A stretch of 63,987 bases of DNA, filler included, from Chiloscyllium plagiosum (Eukaryota): assembly GCF_004010195.1 (NCBI RefSeq). It is 12 parts of 12 records of this genome, joined end to end, with 100 filler letters (N's around TTAATTAATTAA, not from the genome) between each part and the next. Parts side by side here need not be neighbours in the genome. Positions count along the whole stretch, not along the records: positions 1 to 26,031 come from NW_025212317.1; positions 26,132 to 28,910 come from NW_025184764.1; positions 29,011 to 34,202 come from NW_025203606.1; positions 34,303 to 41,753 come from NW_025212816.1; 8 more parts are not named here. One strand, 5' to 3'. Below, in pieces: positions 25,106 to 38,054 of the stretch (its first letter is position 1; each line of letters starts with the position of its first letter). A program made the translations under genes and the position numbers. Under the pieces are notes generated by a model that was not told where the DNA came from, did no database searches, and saw nothing but the letters and a program-made list of their open reading frames with translations.

Positions 25106-26031
25106 ATTGCACTGCACTCTCAGCCTAGATAATTTACTTCAGTGATAGAATCATGTAAAGATGGAAACTGTACCATGTCGAAGCAGGCCATTCACTCCAA
25201 TGAGTTCACACCAATCCTCCAAAGAACATCCCGCCCAGATCCAAACCACGACAATATGCCTGTAACCCTGCATTTCCCAATGGCTCATCAACCCAGTCTG
25301 CTACATTGCGTGTCTGAGGGGAGAGTGCTCCCCACTGAGACTAGGCTGACATCTCCCGGTCCAATAGCCTGCTTCGCTTCCCCATCCCAGCCCACATTTG
25401 GAGGAATGAGACCACCTGGGGAGGCTCGAGATGTTTCCCAGCCAGAGATAGTGCCTCAGGAGAGAGCTAACCATCGCCCTCTCCAGGAGTGTTAAGGAAG
25501 GGCAATAAACAGCAGACATATCAATGTCCTCCCCATCGCAGGAGTAATCAAAATAACTGATGAACAATTCAAACAATCATACTGGTGGAAGGTGGTTAAA
25601 TCATTCCAGTGATTAAATTTCACCTGGTAATTCCTGTATTAAGTTCAAGGTGAAGCTATCCTGGTCTCTGCTGAATTTAGACCAATTTTCATTGTTAACT
25701 TAATACATTTCCATGTTCATTCTTTCTCTCCAAACTGATCCTAATTTGAATGTTGCAAAAAACAAAACATTTTGTTGAAGCTTTTTGTCTTGCATGCATC
25801 AGGACAATTTGCAAGAAATGCCACAGCAAAGGAAAACAATATTTAAACTGGCGTGTTCATAGTGACAACACCTCAGCCTGTCAGCACTTCCCTCACTTGC
25901 AATATAAATGTCATGTTTTTATCCTTTGATTGGTACTTTTACAACCATCCTGATGAGGGCAAAATGAAAAGCTGCCAAAAACTGGGCATTTTTCAGGCCA
26001 GTTCAATATTCTCAAATGACTATTTGGTCCT

Positions 26032-26131
26032 NNNNNNNNNNNNNNNNNNNNNNNNNNNNNNNNNNNNNNNNNNNNTTAATTAATTAANNNNNNNNNNNNN
26101 NNNNNNNNNNNNNNNNNNNNNNNNNNNNNNN
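26032..26131. other. Artificial 100-bp contig linker N44-TTAATTAATTAA-N44 (first of 11)
   Basis: Identical structure also starts at 28911, 34203, 41754, 43382, 44773, 47850, 49365, 56707, 59572 and 62858; stops in all six frames. Confidence 0.97.
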
Positions 26132-26277
26132 AGAAGCAATTTTAAAAGGCCCTGTCCTTTCATGGGGTTTGTTAGGTATTGAATACAAATGTTCAAATGG
26201 ATTGTTTTGCCAGTGAATGTTCAGAGTTGAAATCCCTTTGAATGGGAGGGATTAAAATTGTTTCTCTTGTCTTTCAG

Positions 26278-26606
26278 GCCGTGAGAACTCTCAGCCCAAG
26301 CTGACCCTGCTGCCCCCCTCCCCGTAGCAGGTCAATGCCAAGGACACTGCCACCCTGGTGTGCCTTGCCAATCACTTCTATCCCAATGAGCTGGAGGTGC
26401 AGTGGAAGAAGGACGGTGCAGTCATTTCGGACGGGGTTCAGACCAGCAACTACCTGCGAGCTTCAGGCAGCACCTACAGTGTCAGCAGCCTGCTGACCCT
26501 CTCTGGGTCTGACTGGGAGTCCAACGCTCGCTTCTCCTGTGCCCTCACCCACGTGACCCTCCCCTCTCCCCTCAGCAAGAGCATCAGGAGATCAGAATGT
26601 GTGTAG
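26278..26606 (+). pseudogene. IGKC: Ig kappa constant exon pseudogene (Ck3)
   Basis: Intact acceptor; RENSQPKLTLLPPSP then TAG at 26325-26327 (GAG in paralogs); the rest is intact to SECV-stop. Confidence 0.94.
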
Positions 26607-27002
26607 AGTGTTTGAGACAGTCCACAGAGGAGACACAACTTTAAATAGAACAGGGCTGAGCTGGCAGGACAAAGGTCATTGTCAGCACTAAATTTCAACT
26701 CTCTTCCTTCTTGGGATTTGCTCAGAGACACTTCTGAGGTTCAAGGGTTAAGGCAGGTCATTTGGATCATCAAAAACAAGTTTTATTCTGTATCAAACCC
26801 CATGCTGACCCTGTTCTAGGAGTGTTTGATTGAACAGTGAAGACTCGTGATGCCAAGTAAAACCTCTCAAAGATGCTGAAAAGTGCCAGCTGTACAATAA
26901 CAATGTGAACCTCAGAAGTCTCTGCTTCAGTAAACCAGACCTCCTTCCTGCTCAGCCACCAGTTCCAATTTAAGGTTCTGTCACTGTTTAAAGGGACAGG
27001 AC

Positions 27003-27115
27003 TAGATTAGATTACATTACAGTGTGGAAACAGGCCCTTCGGCCCAACAAGTCCACACCGACCCGCCGAAGCGCAACCCACCCATACCCCTACATTTACC
27101 CCTTACCTAACACTA
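27003..27115 (-). mobile_element. HE1/V-SINE 3' tail running into a gap
   Basis: (agatt)n acagtgtggaaacaggcccttcggcccaac; same insertion point as 63731. Confidence 0.88.
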
Positions 27116-29336
27116 NNNNNNNNNNNNNNNNNNNNNNNNNNNNNNNNNNNNNNNNNNNNNNNNNNNNNNNNNNNNNNNNNNNNNNNNNNNNNNNNNNNNN
27201 NNNNNNNNNNNNNNNNNNNNNNNNNNNNNNNNNNNNNNNNNNNNNNNNNNNNNNNNNNNNNNNNNNNNNNNNNNNNNNNNNNNNNNNNNNNNNNNNNNNN
27301 NNNNNNNNNNNNNNNNNNNNNNNNNNNNNNNNNNNNNNNNNNNNNNNNNNNNNNNNNNNNNNNNNNNNNNNNNNNNNNNNNNNNNNNNNNNNNNNNNNNN
27401 NNNNNNNNNNNNNNNNNNNNNNNNNNNNNNNNNNNNNNNNNNNNNNNNNNNNNNNNNNNNNNNNNNNGGCACAGCAAGATCACAAGCCAAGAAATTCAAA
27501 TCAACTGTTAGGGTTCCCAGTGGCTCTGGCTCCCTATATTGATGAATATGACAAGCAGGACCTTGTTACTCAGAATAACAATTGCACAATAACAATTTGG
27601 GAAATAAATATTCCATAAATTAGACCTGGGTTTTCTTTCCTCTTCAAATGGGACGGAATTGCCCCGTGTGTCCATAGGGTCAGATTGAGAATGTTCAGTC
27701 CGGGGGCATCTGGGAGTCACGGCTTGGGAGGACCATCAATGATGGTCCTTTTGCTGTCATATTCTGTAGCCCCTGGGCCATCTCAGTGAGGATCATCCAG
27801 GGCTCAGGGTGGATTCCAGAGCAGCTCATTGTCCTGACTGTTGTGTTCCTCAGTCCACATGTGGCTCCAGCAATCTCACTCCATGGCTCTTGTACCAGTG
27901 GGAACCCATGGGGCTGAAATCTTATCCAAACAGACCCTCACACAGTGTGGAGGCTGCTGGTGCTCAGAAACCCTTTGGATTCAGTCCCAGATTCCACCGT
28001 GCCTCTTTCATTCAAACACTGCATTAGCACACTGACACCACATTCAGAGGGCAATCCTGAGATGGGGCAAGTTTGGTTCTTGATTCCAATGTGAGGAAAT
28101 GGGGGCTTGGTGTGAAATGTCTAGTCTGAAACAGGTACTTTATAATGAAGAATAGAAACTGTTGTGAGAATAAAGTCAGGTGTTGAAGAGAGTGAGGAAT
28201 ATCTCAGTGATCTGTCTCCAGAATCCACAGATGGCACATGTCCTTCTGTCAGACCCTGAAGGCTGAAATCAGCTCCTCGACATCATATATTTCTCTATCT
28301 TTCTCAGAAAAGGTGAAGTATTCTCTGTCTCTCTGGGTCAGGTCATTTTAAAAAGGGCTGTGGGAAGGGAACTGTTGACTCCCAATGACAAAGCCAATGG
28401 AAGGATGTGGAGCTGGCTCTGTGAAATGTTAGGACACAGAGGATGACACCAGAAACAATTTAATGTTGTCGCGCCCTCCTTTGAAATTGCTCAACTGGTA
28501 ACAATTACTTTTTGCTCACAATTTGTCCCCTTGTGTTCGATCCATGTGCCTTTCTTGCTTTGCTTCTTTTGACTTCAGTCTGTGGGTAGTTCCATCAAAA
28601 CCCAATCTCCTCACACTCATCCTGGCCCCTGAAGAGATTAGCGACAAATAAAAAAACTGCAAATGCTGGAATCCAAGGTTGACAAACAGGAGGCTGGGAG
28701 AACACAGCAAGCCCAGGCAGCATCAGGAGGAAGTGAAGTCAACGTTTTGGGTATAACCTTTCTTTAGGAAGTGGGCCAGGTGGGTGTTGGGTGAGCTGCA
28801 GATAAAGGGAGTGGCGGGGGTAGGGTGGTTAGATGGGGATAGGTGGAGACAGGTAGAGGATAGGACCTGGTTGGTCGAGGGGATGGATGATTCTGGATTC
28901 ATCGACCAATNNNNNNNNNNNNNNNNNNNNNNNNNNNNNNNNNNNNNNNNNNNNTTAATTAATTAANNNNNNNNNNNNNNNNNNNNNNNNNNNNNNNNNN
29001 NNNNNNNNNNATCTCACTGAGTTCTGATCACTGTCACTGAAATGCTCCCCCATTGATAGCCCTTCCAGCTGCCCATGTTCATTCCATAAATGATGGTCCA
29101 AGACTGTCCTTTCTTTTTCACCATCACCTTCTCTGGGGCAATTAGTGATGGGGAATAAATGCTCGCCCTGTCAGTGACACCCACATCCCAAGAAGCAATT
29201 TTAAAAGGCCCTGTCCTTTTATGGGGTTTGTCAGGTATTGAATACAAATGTTCAAATGGATTGTTTTGCCAGTGAATGTTCAGAGTTGAAATCCCTTTGA
29301 ATGGCAGGGATTAAAATTGTTTGTCTTGTCTTTCAG

Positions 29337-29707
29337 GCCGTGAGAACTCTCAGCCCAAGCTGACCCTGCTGCCCCCTTACCTGGAGCAGGTCCATGCCAA
29401 GGGCACTGCCACCCTGGTGTGCCTTGCCAATCACTTCTATCCCGATGAGCTGGAGGTGCAGTGGAAGAAGGACGGTGCAGTCATTTCGGACGGGGTTCAG
29501 ACTAGCAACTACCTGCGAGCTTCAGACAGCACCTACAGTGTCAGCAGCCTGCTGACCCTCTCTGGGTCTGACTGGGAGTCCAACGCCCGGTTCTCCTGTG
29601 CTCTCACCCACGTGACCCTCCCCTCTCCCCTCAGCAAGATCATCAGGAGATCAGAATGTGTGCAGAGTGTTGGAGACAGTCCACAGAGGAGACACAACTT
29701 TAAATAG
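29337..29707 (+). CDS. IGKC: Ig kappa constant exon (Ck4), open frame with stop loss and 14-aa extension
   Basis: Acceptor ttcag; both domain Cys, the Trp and the terminal Cys are retained; TAG>CAG reads through to QSVGDSPQRRHNFK; PPYLE replaces PPSPE. Confidence 0.88.
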
Positions 29708-32700
29708 GACAGGGCTGAGCTGGCAGGGCAAAGGTCATTGTCAGCACTGAATTTCAACTCTCATCCTTCTTGGGATTGGCTCAGAGACATGGCTGAGGTT
29801 CAAGGGTTAAGGCAGGTCTTTGGGATAATGAATAAACAAGCTTTACTCTGTATCAAACCCCATGCCCCCTGTTCTAGGAGTGTTTGATTGGACAGTGAAG
29901 ACTAGTCATACCAAGTAAAACCTCTCGAAGATGCTGAAAACTGTCAGCTGTACAAAACAATGTGAACCTCAGAAGTCTCTGCTTCAGTAAACCAGATCTC
30001 CTTCCTGCTCAGCCACCAGTTCCAATTTAAGCTTCTGTCACTGTTTAAAGGGACAGGATTCTTATGTTATTGAGAAAATGTCCACAAATGTTTTCCTCAA
30101 GCTCCATTCTGGCTGTGAATTTGTGCAGCTTCCTCTGTCTGGGCTGTTAATTGCAGTCTGTTTTCTGTCAATGTCAATCTGGAAAAGGGAATAAAGGTGA
30201 AGAAGATTCAGTCTCTGTCTCTTGAGTGATTTGAAAATGGCCAGAGCTGAAGCCTCAGGGAAAGAAAGGTGTGTGAAGTGTTAACCTCCACCCTCAAGGC
30301 CTGGAACAAGAGGGGAGAATTGAGGGGGTAATGAGGTCCCTGGAGCAGGAGGGCAATTCTACAACTGCGTCCAGAAGAGGTTCTTTCAGAAGGAATGCAG
30401 GGCTCCAAGGAATTCTTTCCCAATAAATGGAGAAAAGAAGGAAAGCAGGAAAGGACACTGGGGAACACAATAATCTGATGGAAATTCCCTCACCCATCCC
30501 TGAGGCACAGCAAGATCCCAGGCCAAGAAATTCAACTCAGCTGTTTGTGAGCCAGTGCCATTGGGAACCCTGTATTCATGAATATGACCAGCAGGCTCTT
30601 GTTACTCAGAACAACAATTCTACAGAGTTTGAGAAATAAATATTCCATAAATTAGACCTGGGTTTTCTTTCCTCTTCAAATGGGACGGAATTGCCCCGTG
30701 TGTCCATGGGGTCAGATTGAGAATGTTCAGTCCGGGGGCATCTGGGAGTCACGGCTGGGGAGGACTATCAATGATGGTCCTTTTGGTGTCATATTCTGTA
30801 GCCCCTGGGCCATCTCAATGAGGATCATCCAGGGCTCAGGGTGGATTCCAGAGCAGCTCATTGTCCTGACTGTTGTGTTCCTCAGTCCACATGTGGCTCC
30901 AGCAATCTCACTCCATGGCTCTAGTATCAGTGGGAACCCATGGGACTGAAATCTTATCCAAACAGACCCTCACACAGCGGGGAGGCTGCTGGTGGCTCAG
31001 AAACCCCTTTGGATTCAGTCCCAGATTCCACCGTGGCTCTTTCGTTCAAACACAGCATTACCACACGGACACCACATTCAGGGGGCAATCCTGAGATGGG
31101 GCAAGTTTGATTCTTGATTCCAATGTGAGGAAATGGGGGCTTGGTGTGAAATGTCCAGTCTGAAACTGGTACTTTATAATGAAGAATAGGAACTGTTGTT
31201 AGAGTAAAGTCAGGTGTTGATGGGAGTGAGGAATATCTCCGTGATCTGTCTTCAGAATCCACAGATGGTACACATCCTTCTGTCAGACCCTGACATCATA
31301 TATTTCTCTATCTTTCCCAAGGAAGAGAAGTCGACGTTTTGGGTATAACCTTTCTTCAGGAAGTGGGGTGGGTGGGTGTTGGGGGAGCTGCAGAAAAAGG
31401 GAGTGGCGGGGGCCGGATGGTTAGGTGGGGATAGGTGGAGACAGGTAGAGGATAGGACCTGGTTGGTCGAGGGGATGGATGATTCCGGATTCATCTGTCC
31501 CATCAACCAATCAGGTCAAACTCTCTATCTTTCTCAACCTATCCCCACCTCACCAATTTTCTCCAATCCACCCCTTTATCCCCCCTTCCTGAAGAAGGGT
31601 TCCTCTGAAATGTCGACCCCTGAAGAGATTCGACGAGGTTATTTTACTGAATCAAATCATCGAGCCCATCAATCCTGAGAACAGATTCCAGCATTGGAGT
31701 CATGTAAAGTGTCTCTCATGCTGAAAGAAGGAAGCTTACGATTGAGAAATGAATGAGCTTAACCCAGATCCTGAACAACAGCACAACAGAATGGAGTGAT
31801 ATAAATCAGAAACAGTATAAATGCAGAGCAGCCTATATACTGCAGCTCACACTGAGTGTAGCCAGCACAGAGGGGAATGCTGGGGAGTTTGGTCAGTGTG
31901 GGAGTTTGGTGAACTGGGGGAAGGAGTCTACCTTTGCTTTTTCAAACTGATTTGGAACTGTCACTTCAGCTGCTGGGAGCCTACACATGCACTTGGTTTG
32001 AATGAAAGAAAATGATAAACAAGAAAATAGGAATCTGGGATTTGTTTAGTTTGAGGGGCTGTATAAATAGACTGCTTCAGGACATGTCCATTAGGGGTGG
32101 TTAATAAATGGAAAGTATTGAAACTTCAAAACAGAATGAAGACAATTACTGCTCTAATGAAGGAATGGATATTTTTCATTTGTAAGTGAGATCAACATTT
32201 CTTTATTGCATTGAAATGATTCAGGGTAAATATATCTGCAGTGAATGTATAAAACTACAGGAACTCCCACTCAGGGAGTTTGGAATGAAGGCTGAATTGA
32301 AAAAGCAGTGATATATCAGGGAGTGCCGGAGATACCTGGAGACTTAGTTCCAGAAGGAAGTTATCGGCCTCAGGACTGCACAGTTCAATTCCACATGTAG
32401 TAAAGGGCAGGAGGGTATGACCCATGAGGGAGGCAGATAGGGAGTTGGAGAATACAGTGGGACAGGAAAACCCCTCACTCTTCCAAACTCCAGTGAGAAC
32501 AAGGCCAGCCTTTCCAATCCTTCCTCTTCACACAGCCCACTCATTCCAAGGATCAATCAGGTAAAACTCCTCTGAACCACTTCCAATGCATTTATATTCT
32601 TCCTTCAATAAGGAGACCAAAACTACACACATTATTTGAGATGTGATCACACCAATGTCCAGGAATAACTGAAACATCACAGTCTCACTTTCTGGTCCCA

Positions 32701-34302
32701 AATCACACCTACTCTTACTTTTACCAGCATTTTTACTGTCCATCTTTAATTGTCCTGGACAAGATGGTGCTGTAGGTAGACCCACAATGTCCTTAGGAAG
32801 GGAATTCCAGAATTCTGACCCAGTGATAATATTTCCAAGTCAAACTGGTGAATAGCTTAGAGGGAACTTGCTGGGGTGATGTTCCCATTTTATCTGCTGC
32901 CCTTGTCCATCTTGATTCAAGTAATCATGGGTTTAGAAGGTGTTGTCTCAGGACTTTTGATGAATTTATTGCAGTGCATCTTGTAAATAGTACACACAGA
33001 TGTTACTGAGTGTTGGTGTGGAGGGAATGGATGTGTGTGGAAGTGGTGCCAATCAAATGGGCTAAAATTTGATAAGCAAAATGTAAATAAAATAATATAA
33101 AACAACTTAAAATGGAATAAAATAAAATGCTGCTGCTTTTTTGATAAAACGTCACTGAACCCCAAAAAGTTAACTCCTCCTGTCCCCACAGAGGCTGCAC
33201 CTGTTCCCTTTTTCCAACATCATGCTTCTATTTGAGATTTGCAGTATTTTGTTTTTGTATCTGTTTTCATGCCATTGGTTATAAGAGAAGTATTGGTCAG
33301 CACACTGGCGGGGATTTTGTCTGAGATAGTTGGAAAGCCCTTACATTCACATTGACCTGAGAAGGCAGTGGTTTAACCAATCATCCAGCAGATGGCGTCT
33401 TTCCCTTTGCCAGCCTCAGGATAGTGCTCCAGTTTCTGGAGTGGGGCTTGAAACTTTCAGGTTCAGGTGATGGCATTACCACTGAGGCTGTCTATTCTTT
33501 CCTGGGATGTGGGTGTCACTGGTAAGACCAGCATTTGTTCCCCATCCCTAAGCTTCAGTGTTTGCGCTCGGTCTGCATTTTCCCTTGCTAATTGTCCCCC
33601 TTTTACATGATAATGAGGAAAGAAGGCTTGTTGGTTCAGTTTTCTTTTAATCATTTCAGAATATTCAAAGCTGCGAGCACAGAACAGTCACGTTCCCAGA
33701 CAAGATGGTGAGGTCCCACAGACAGTAAACGAATGACGAAACCCATCTGTTTTGTTGGCACTAGTTGATTAGCGAGCAGGACAGCCAAGGGAATCTTTCA
33801 GAATGGGATCTTGTCGAGCCCGCTGAGGTGGGGTGGGGCTGGTCGGGGTGTGATGGTGGTGGAGCCTCAAATGATGGTGCCAGAGACTGTGCAACTTTGA
33901 TCAGTGCACCACAGTCTTAGCCTGGATTCTGTGCTCTCATTTCTGAGGTGGCTTTCAACCCGATGACCATTTTGACGATGAGGCAGGAGCATTGCCCATG
34001 GAGCCATGGGCAGTAACAATGTAAACTGTGTGGCTCTGAAAACCTGAGTCTGCATCTCAGCTCGGAAGGATATCAGCTCATTCACCAAATCTGTTTCTGC
34101 CCCTCTGCAGGCTGACCAGGCTGCAGGTGCCTTTCCAACACTCCCACGTTTCCTCTTGTGCCACAGCTTATTCTCCTGAGGGATAGTTGTGCTCGGAGTC
34201 GANNNNNNNNNNNNNNNNNNNNNNNNNNNNNNNNNNNNNNNNNNNNTTAATTAATTAANNNNNNNNNNNNNNNNNNNNNNNNNNNNNNNNNNNNNNNNNN
34301 NN

Positions 34303-35135
34303 GATCAGATAAGGCAATGGGTGGAGGAGTGGCAGATGTGTTCCAAAAAAGAGAAAGTGAGATGCTGCATTTTGGAAAGCCAAACCTGAGAGAACCCATA
34401 CAGTGAATTGTAGGGCCCTGTGGAGTGTTGCTGAGCAAGGTGTTGGTCATCTGTTGCTGGGACTGGTGGGTTTGAGCTATCGGGAGAAACCAAAGGTCAT
34501 TCCAGTGGTGAGGAATGTCAGTGATGAAAGTGGATCGGAGAAGTTGGTTCTGTCTTCCTTGGAGAAGAGAAGGCTGAGAGGAGGAATTGTTCAAGGAATT
34601 CAGCTTCACGAGAGGTTTGGATACAGTAAATAGGGAGAAAATGTTCCAAATCAGGAAAAGGATTGGTCTTCCTTGGAGAAGAGAAGGCTGAGAGGAGGTT
34701 TGTTCAAGGAATTCAGCTTCACGAGAGGTTTGGATACAGTAAATAGGGAGAAAATGTTCCAAATCAGGAAAAGGATTGAGTGCGAGAGGCCACAGATTGA
34801 AAGTAATTGTTCAAAGAAACACAAGTAAAATGAGGAAAAAACATTTTCAGCCAGTGAGTGGTTCAGGTGTGGAATGCACTGCCTGAGAGTGTGGTGGAGT
34901 CAGCTTCAATTGAAACATTCTGAAGGGAATGAGACTGTTATTTGAAAAGGAACAATGTGCAGGGTGACAGGGAGAAGGCAGGAGAATGACACTCAGTAAA
35001 TTGCTCATTCAGAGAGCTGTTTCAGACAGGATGGGCAGAATGGTCTCCTTGTGCACAGTAAATTGCTCATTCAGAGAGCCAGTACAGACAGGATGGACAG
35101 AATGGCCTCCGTGTGCACTGTAACATCTCTGTGAT
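34303..35135 (+). mobile_element. CR1 LINE 3' fragment with a tandem duplication of about 114 bp
   Basis: SLEKRRLRG motif duplicated at about 34552 and 34666; vWNALPESVVE motif. Confidence 0.8.
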
Positions 35136-35577
35136 TGTGTGATTGAGCAGAGTTAAAGCTGGGGGAGGTGGGAGCTCGGTGTCTCACTGTGCCGCTGCTG
35201 CTGCTGAGGTCAGTGAGATCAGAGACTGGGACAGGGAGCCAGAGCTCACATCAAATTCTACCCGTGTCCGTCGCACTGAGACTGGCAGGAGGCTACTCAC
35301 TGATTTCACTCCATGCTGCAGGAATGGGACCACAGACTGCAAATGGACAGAGCTCCTCCACACGGTGAGTAAAACTGATTGACTTATATCTTGCTGCTTA
35401 AAGGGGCAATGAAACTAAAGAAAGACAGCTGGACATGCTGTTGGACACAGTGCTCCTCAATCAACCATTTCATTCACTGCAGGTCCCCACTAACAACTTC
35501 AACAATTCAGCATGTGTGGTTTAGAAAGTGTATTTCAGTATTGACAGGTTAATAACGGACGATTGAGGTTTACTTAC

Positions 35578-35612
35578 TCAGTCTGAGCTTGGTTCCTTTA
35601 CCGAATGTAAGC
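35578..35612 (-). CDS. IGKJ: Ig kappa J segment
   Basis: LTFGKGTKLRL with FGxG motif; phase-1 donor A|GTAAGT compatible with the Ck exons. Confidence 0.95.
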
Positions 35613-35651
35613 CACAGTGAGAGCTCCCAGTGCAGAGGCTGTACAAAAACC
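35613..35651 (+). promoter_or_regulatory. Jk 23-RSS
   Basis: CACAGTG 35613-35619, 23-nt spacer, ACAAAAACC 35643-35651 (perfect consensus). Confidence 0.96.
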
Positions 35652-36096
35652 TCTAATCTCTGCTTCCCCCTGTCACTCTCAACCTCTCCCTGTCTCTCTC
35701 TGTCTCTGTCTCTTCTTAGTCAATCTCTTCCACTCCCTGCCCCTCTCTGTCTCTCCCTCATTCATGTGTCTTTCTCTCTCTGTCTCCCTGGGTTGTGTCC
35801 ACCTACTCTCGGGGGTTTGTGAAATATATTTATCGATGTTAAATCTTGTAGCTGCTCTTCACATGTGGCCATGGTGTGTCAGAGGGAAACTTGAGGCCTT
35901 CAGTGAGCAGTGGACACCACAGGGACTGGAGTGTGTAGTGGACAGTGACAATCCCAGCATGGGGTAATTTGTTCAGTTTACTTTATATATAACTGTCGGA
36001 AATGTCAGTGATGAAGGTGGGACTGTGTGTACATTACTATACATTTTATATAACTACAGATTGTGTCAGTACAGGAGGTCGTGTTGTGTGTTTTGA

Positions 36097-36124
36097 GGTT
36101 TTTGTATGGCTCTGTAACACTGTG
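36097..36124 (-). promoter_or_regulatory. Vk 12-RSS
   Basis: CACAGTG, 12-nt spacer, ACAAAAACC on the minus strand; V12/J23 is the kappa-type arrangement. Confidence 0.96.
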
Positions 36125-36423
36125 TCAAGGGTTGCTGTAATTCTGCATACAGTAATAGTCAGCGACATCCTCATTCTGAGCGTTGCTGATTGTCAGGGTG
36201 AAACCGGTCCCTGATCCACTGCCGGTGAATCGATCGGAGACTCCTGTGAATCGAGTTGCTGCATTGTAGATCAGGAGAGAGGGTTTCTGACCTTCTCGCT
36301 GCTGGTACCAAGCAAGGTAGCTGTTAATGCTCTGACTGGCCGTACAGGTGATGGTTTCAGTCTGGCCCAATCCCACTGACAGCACCGGGGGAGACTGGGT
36401 CATGATGATGTCCCCACTGATAC
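36125..36423 (-). CDS. IGKV: Ig kappa V exon, unrearranged
   Basis: [70 protein letters not shown]; acceptor ctcag; last triplet before the heptamer is TGA. Confidence 0.95.
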
Positions 36424-36608
36424 CTGAGGGGTCAGAGAGAAACACAGTGAAGTCAGAACTGTCTCAGAAAGAGCCTGTCAAATGAGAGATTGTTGGAGAC
36501 ACTGAGCATTCCTCTGGTTTCAGCATTTTCCCTTCAATCACAAGTCAGTGGAATTGGAGTGAATGGAGAGCAGCTAAAGATTCAAGGTGGAAGGAGAGAG
36601 ATTTGTAC

Positions 36609-36657
36609 CTGCGACACAGAATGCCAGGGTCCAGATCAGCTGGATGTGTGAAATCAT
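36609..36657 (-). CDS. IGKV: Vk leader exon
   Basis: MISHIQLIWTLAFCVA plus G|GT donor, 49 nt, in phase with the V exon. Confidence 0.9.
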
Positions 36658-36717
36658 GGTGTGTATTCCTGTCCCTGAGCCTGGTTCCTGATAATCTCTC
36701 CCTTCACTGGGCTCTGC

Positions 36718-36771
36718 TTTATAAAGCTGCAGCCTGTGAGAGTCTGAGTGGGTGTTCCTCAGTATGTAAAT
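36718..36771 (-). promoter_or_regulatory. Vk promoter: octamer variant and TATA box
   Basis: ATTTACAT (one mismatch from ATTTGCAT) at 36764-36771; TATAAA at 36718-36723. Confidence 0.7.
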
Positions 36772-38054
36772 GGCATCAGGCAGAGAGAGCCACGTCAGCC
36801 CCTCACACTTCCTCTTCTCTCTCTCCCCCTCATTGTCTCTCTGTCTGTCTCAGAGAGTCATTGATGTGAACAGCACTGAATGAGGCCATTTGGCCCATTG
36901 TGTCTGTACTGGTAAACAGTGATCTGATGACACTAATCCCGTCCTCCAGCTCTTGGCCCATTACCCTGGAGGTTACAGCAACACAAGGGAATATCTAAAC
37001 ACTGCTCCAATGTCACGACAGTTTGTGACTCAACCAGCCTTTCACGCAGTGATTTCCAGACTCCCACCACCCTCTGAGTTAAAACATTTGTCCTCAACTC
37101 TCCTCTCTCTCTCCAACTCGACTGGGCCTGGACTCACTCAAGTTTAGAAGGATGAGAGGGGATCAGATTGAAACATATAAAATTCTAACAGGGCTGGGCA
37201 AGGAGGANNNNNNNNNNNNNNNNNNNNNNNNNNNNNNNNNNNNNNNNNNNNNNNNNNNNNNNNNNNNNNNNNNNNNNNNNNNNNNNNNNNNNNNNNNNNN
37301 NNNNNNNNNNNNNNNNNNNNNNNNNNNNNNNNNNNNNNNNNNNNNNNNNNNNNNNNNNNNNNNNNNNNNNNNNNNNNNNNNNNNNNNNNNNNNNNNNNNN
37401 NNNNNNNNNNNNNNNNNNNNNNNNNNNNNNNNNNNNNNNNNNNNNNNNNNNNNNNNNNNNNNNNNNNNNNNNNNNNNNNNNNNNNNNNNNNNNNNNNNNN
37501 NNNNNNNNNNNNNNNNNNNNNNNNNNNNNNNNNNNNNNNNNNNNNNNNNNNNNNNNNNNNNNNNNNNNNNNNNNNNNNNNNNNNNNNNNNNNNNNNNNNN
37601 NNNNNNNNNNNNNNNNNNNNNNNNNNNNNNNNNNNNNNNNNNNNNNNNNNNNNNNNNNNNNNNNNNNNNNNNNNNNNNNNNNNNNNNNNNNNNNNNNNNN
37701 NNNNNNNNNNNNNNNNNNNNNNNNNNNNNNNNAGAGCAGACTCAAAGGGCCGAATGGCCTGCTCCAGCTCCGAGTTTCTATGTGTCCATGTCTGTGTTAC
37801 CTTCAATCTCTGTCCCAGGTTATTGAGTCCTTTACTGATGTCTAAAGTCCCTTCCTACCCACCCTATCACTGCTCCAAATAATCTTATCCCCCTCTATCA
37901 TGTCCCCTCTCAGCCTTCACTGCTCCAAGGAAAACAACCCCAACCTTTCCAAGATTTCCTCACAGCTGGCCCTCCATCCCAGGCAGCATCCTGGGGAATC
38001 TCTGCACTCTCTCAAGTACAATCACATCCTTCCCAGAATGTGATGACCAGGGTC

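Noticed and set aside
24698-25132. Repetitive ORFs (VLHCQRVSTEG)n
   Set aside because: Translation of a 33-bp tandem repeat with no gene structure
26076-26087. Recurrent TTAATTAATTAA palindrome as a biological repeat or CRISPR-like array
   Set aside because: Always centred in exactly 44 N on each side; an assembly linker, 11 copies
35446-35452. Isolated CACAGTG in the Jk-C intron as a kappa-deleting-type signal
   Set aside because: No nonamer at 12 or 23 nt, orientation opposite to the mammalian intronic heptamer, and expected by chance
29337-36657. Vk-Jk paired with Ck4 as one cluster
   Set aside because: V-J is on the minus strand, Ck4 on the plus strand, and a linker at 34203-34302 separates them; the partner C cannot be assigned
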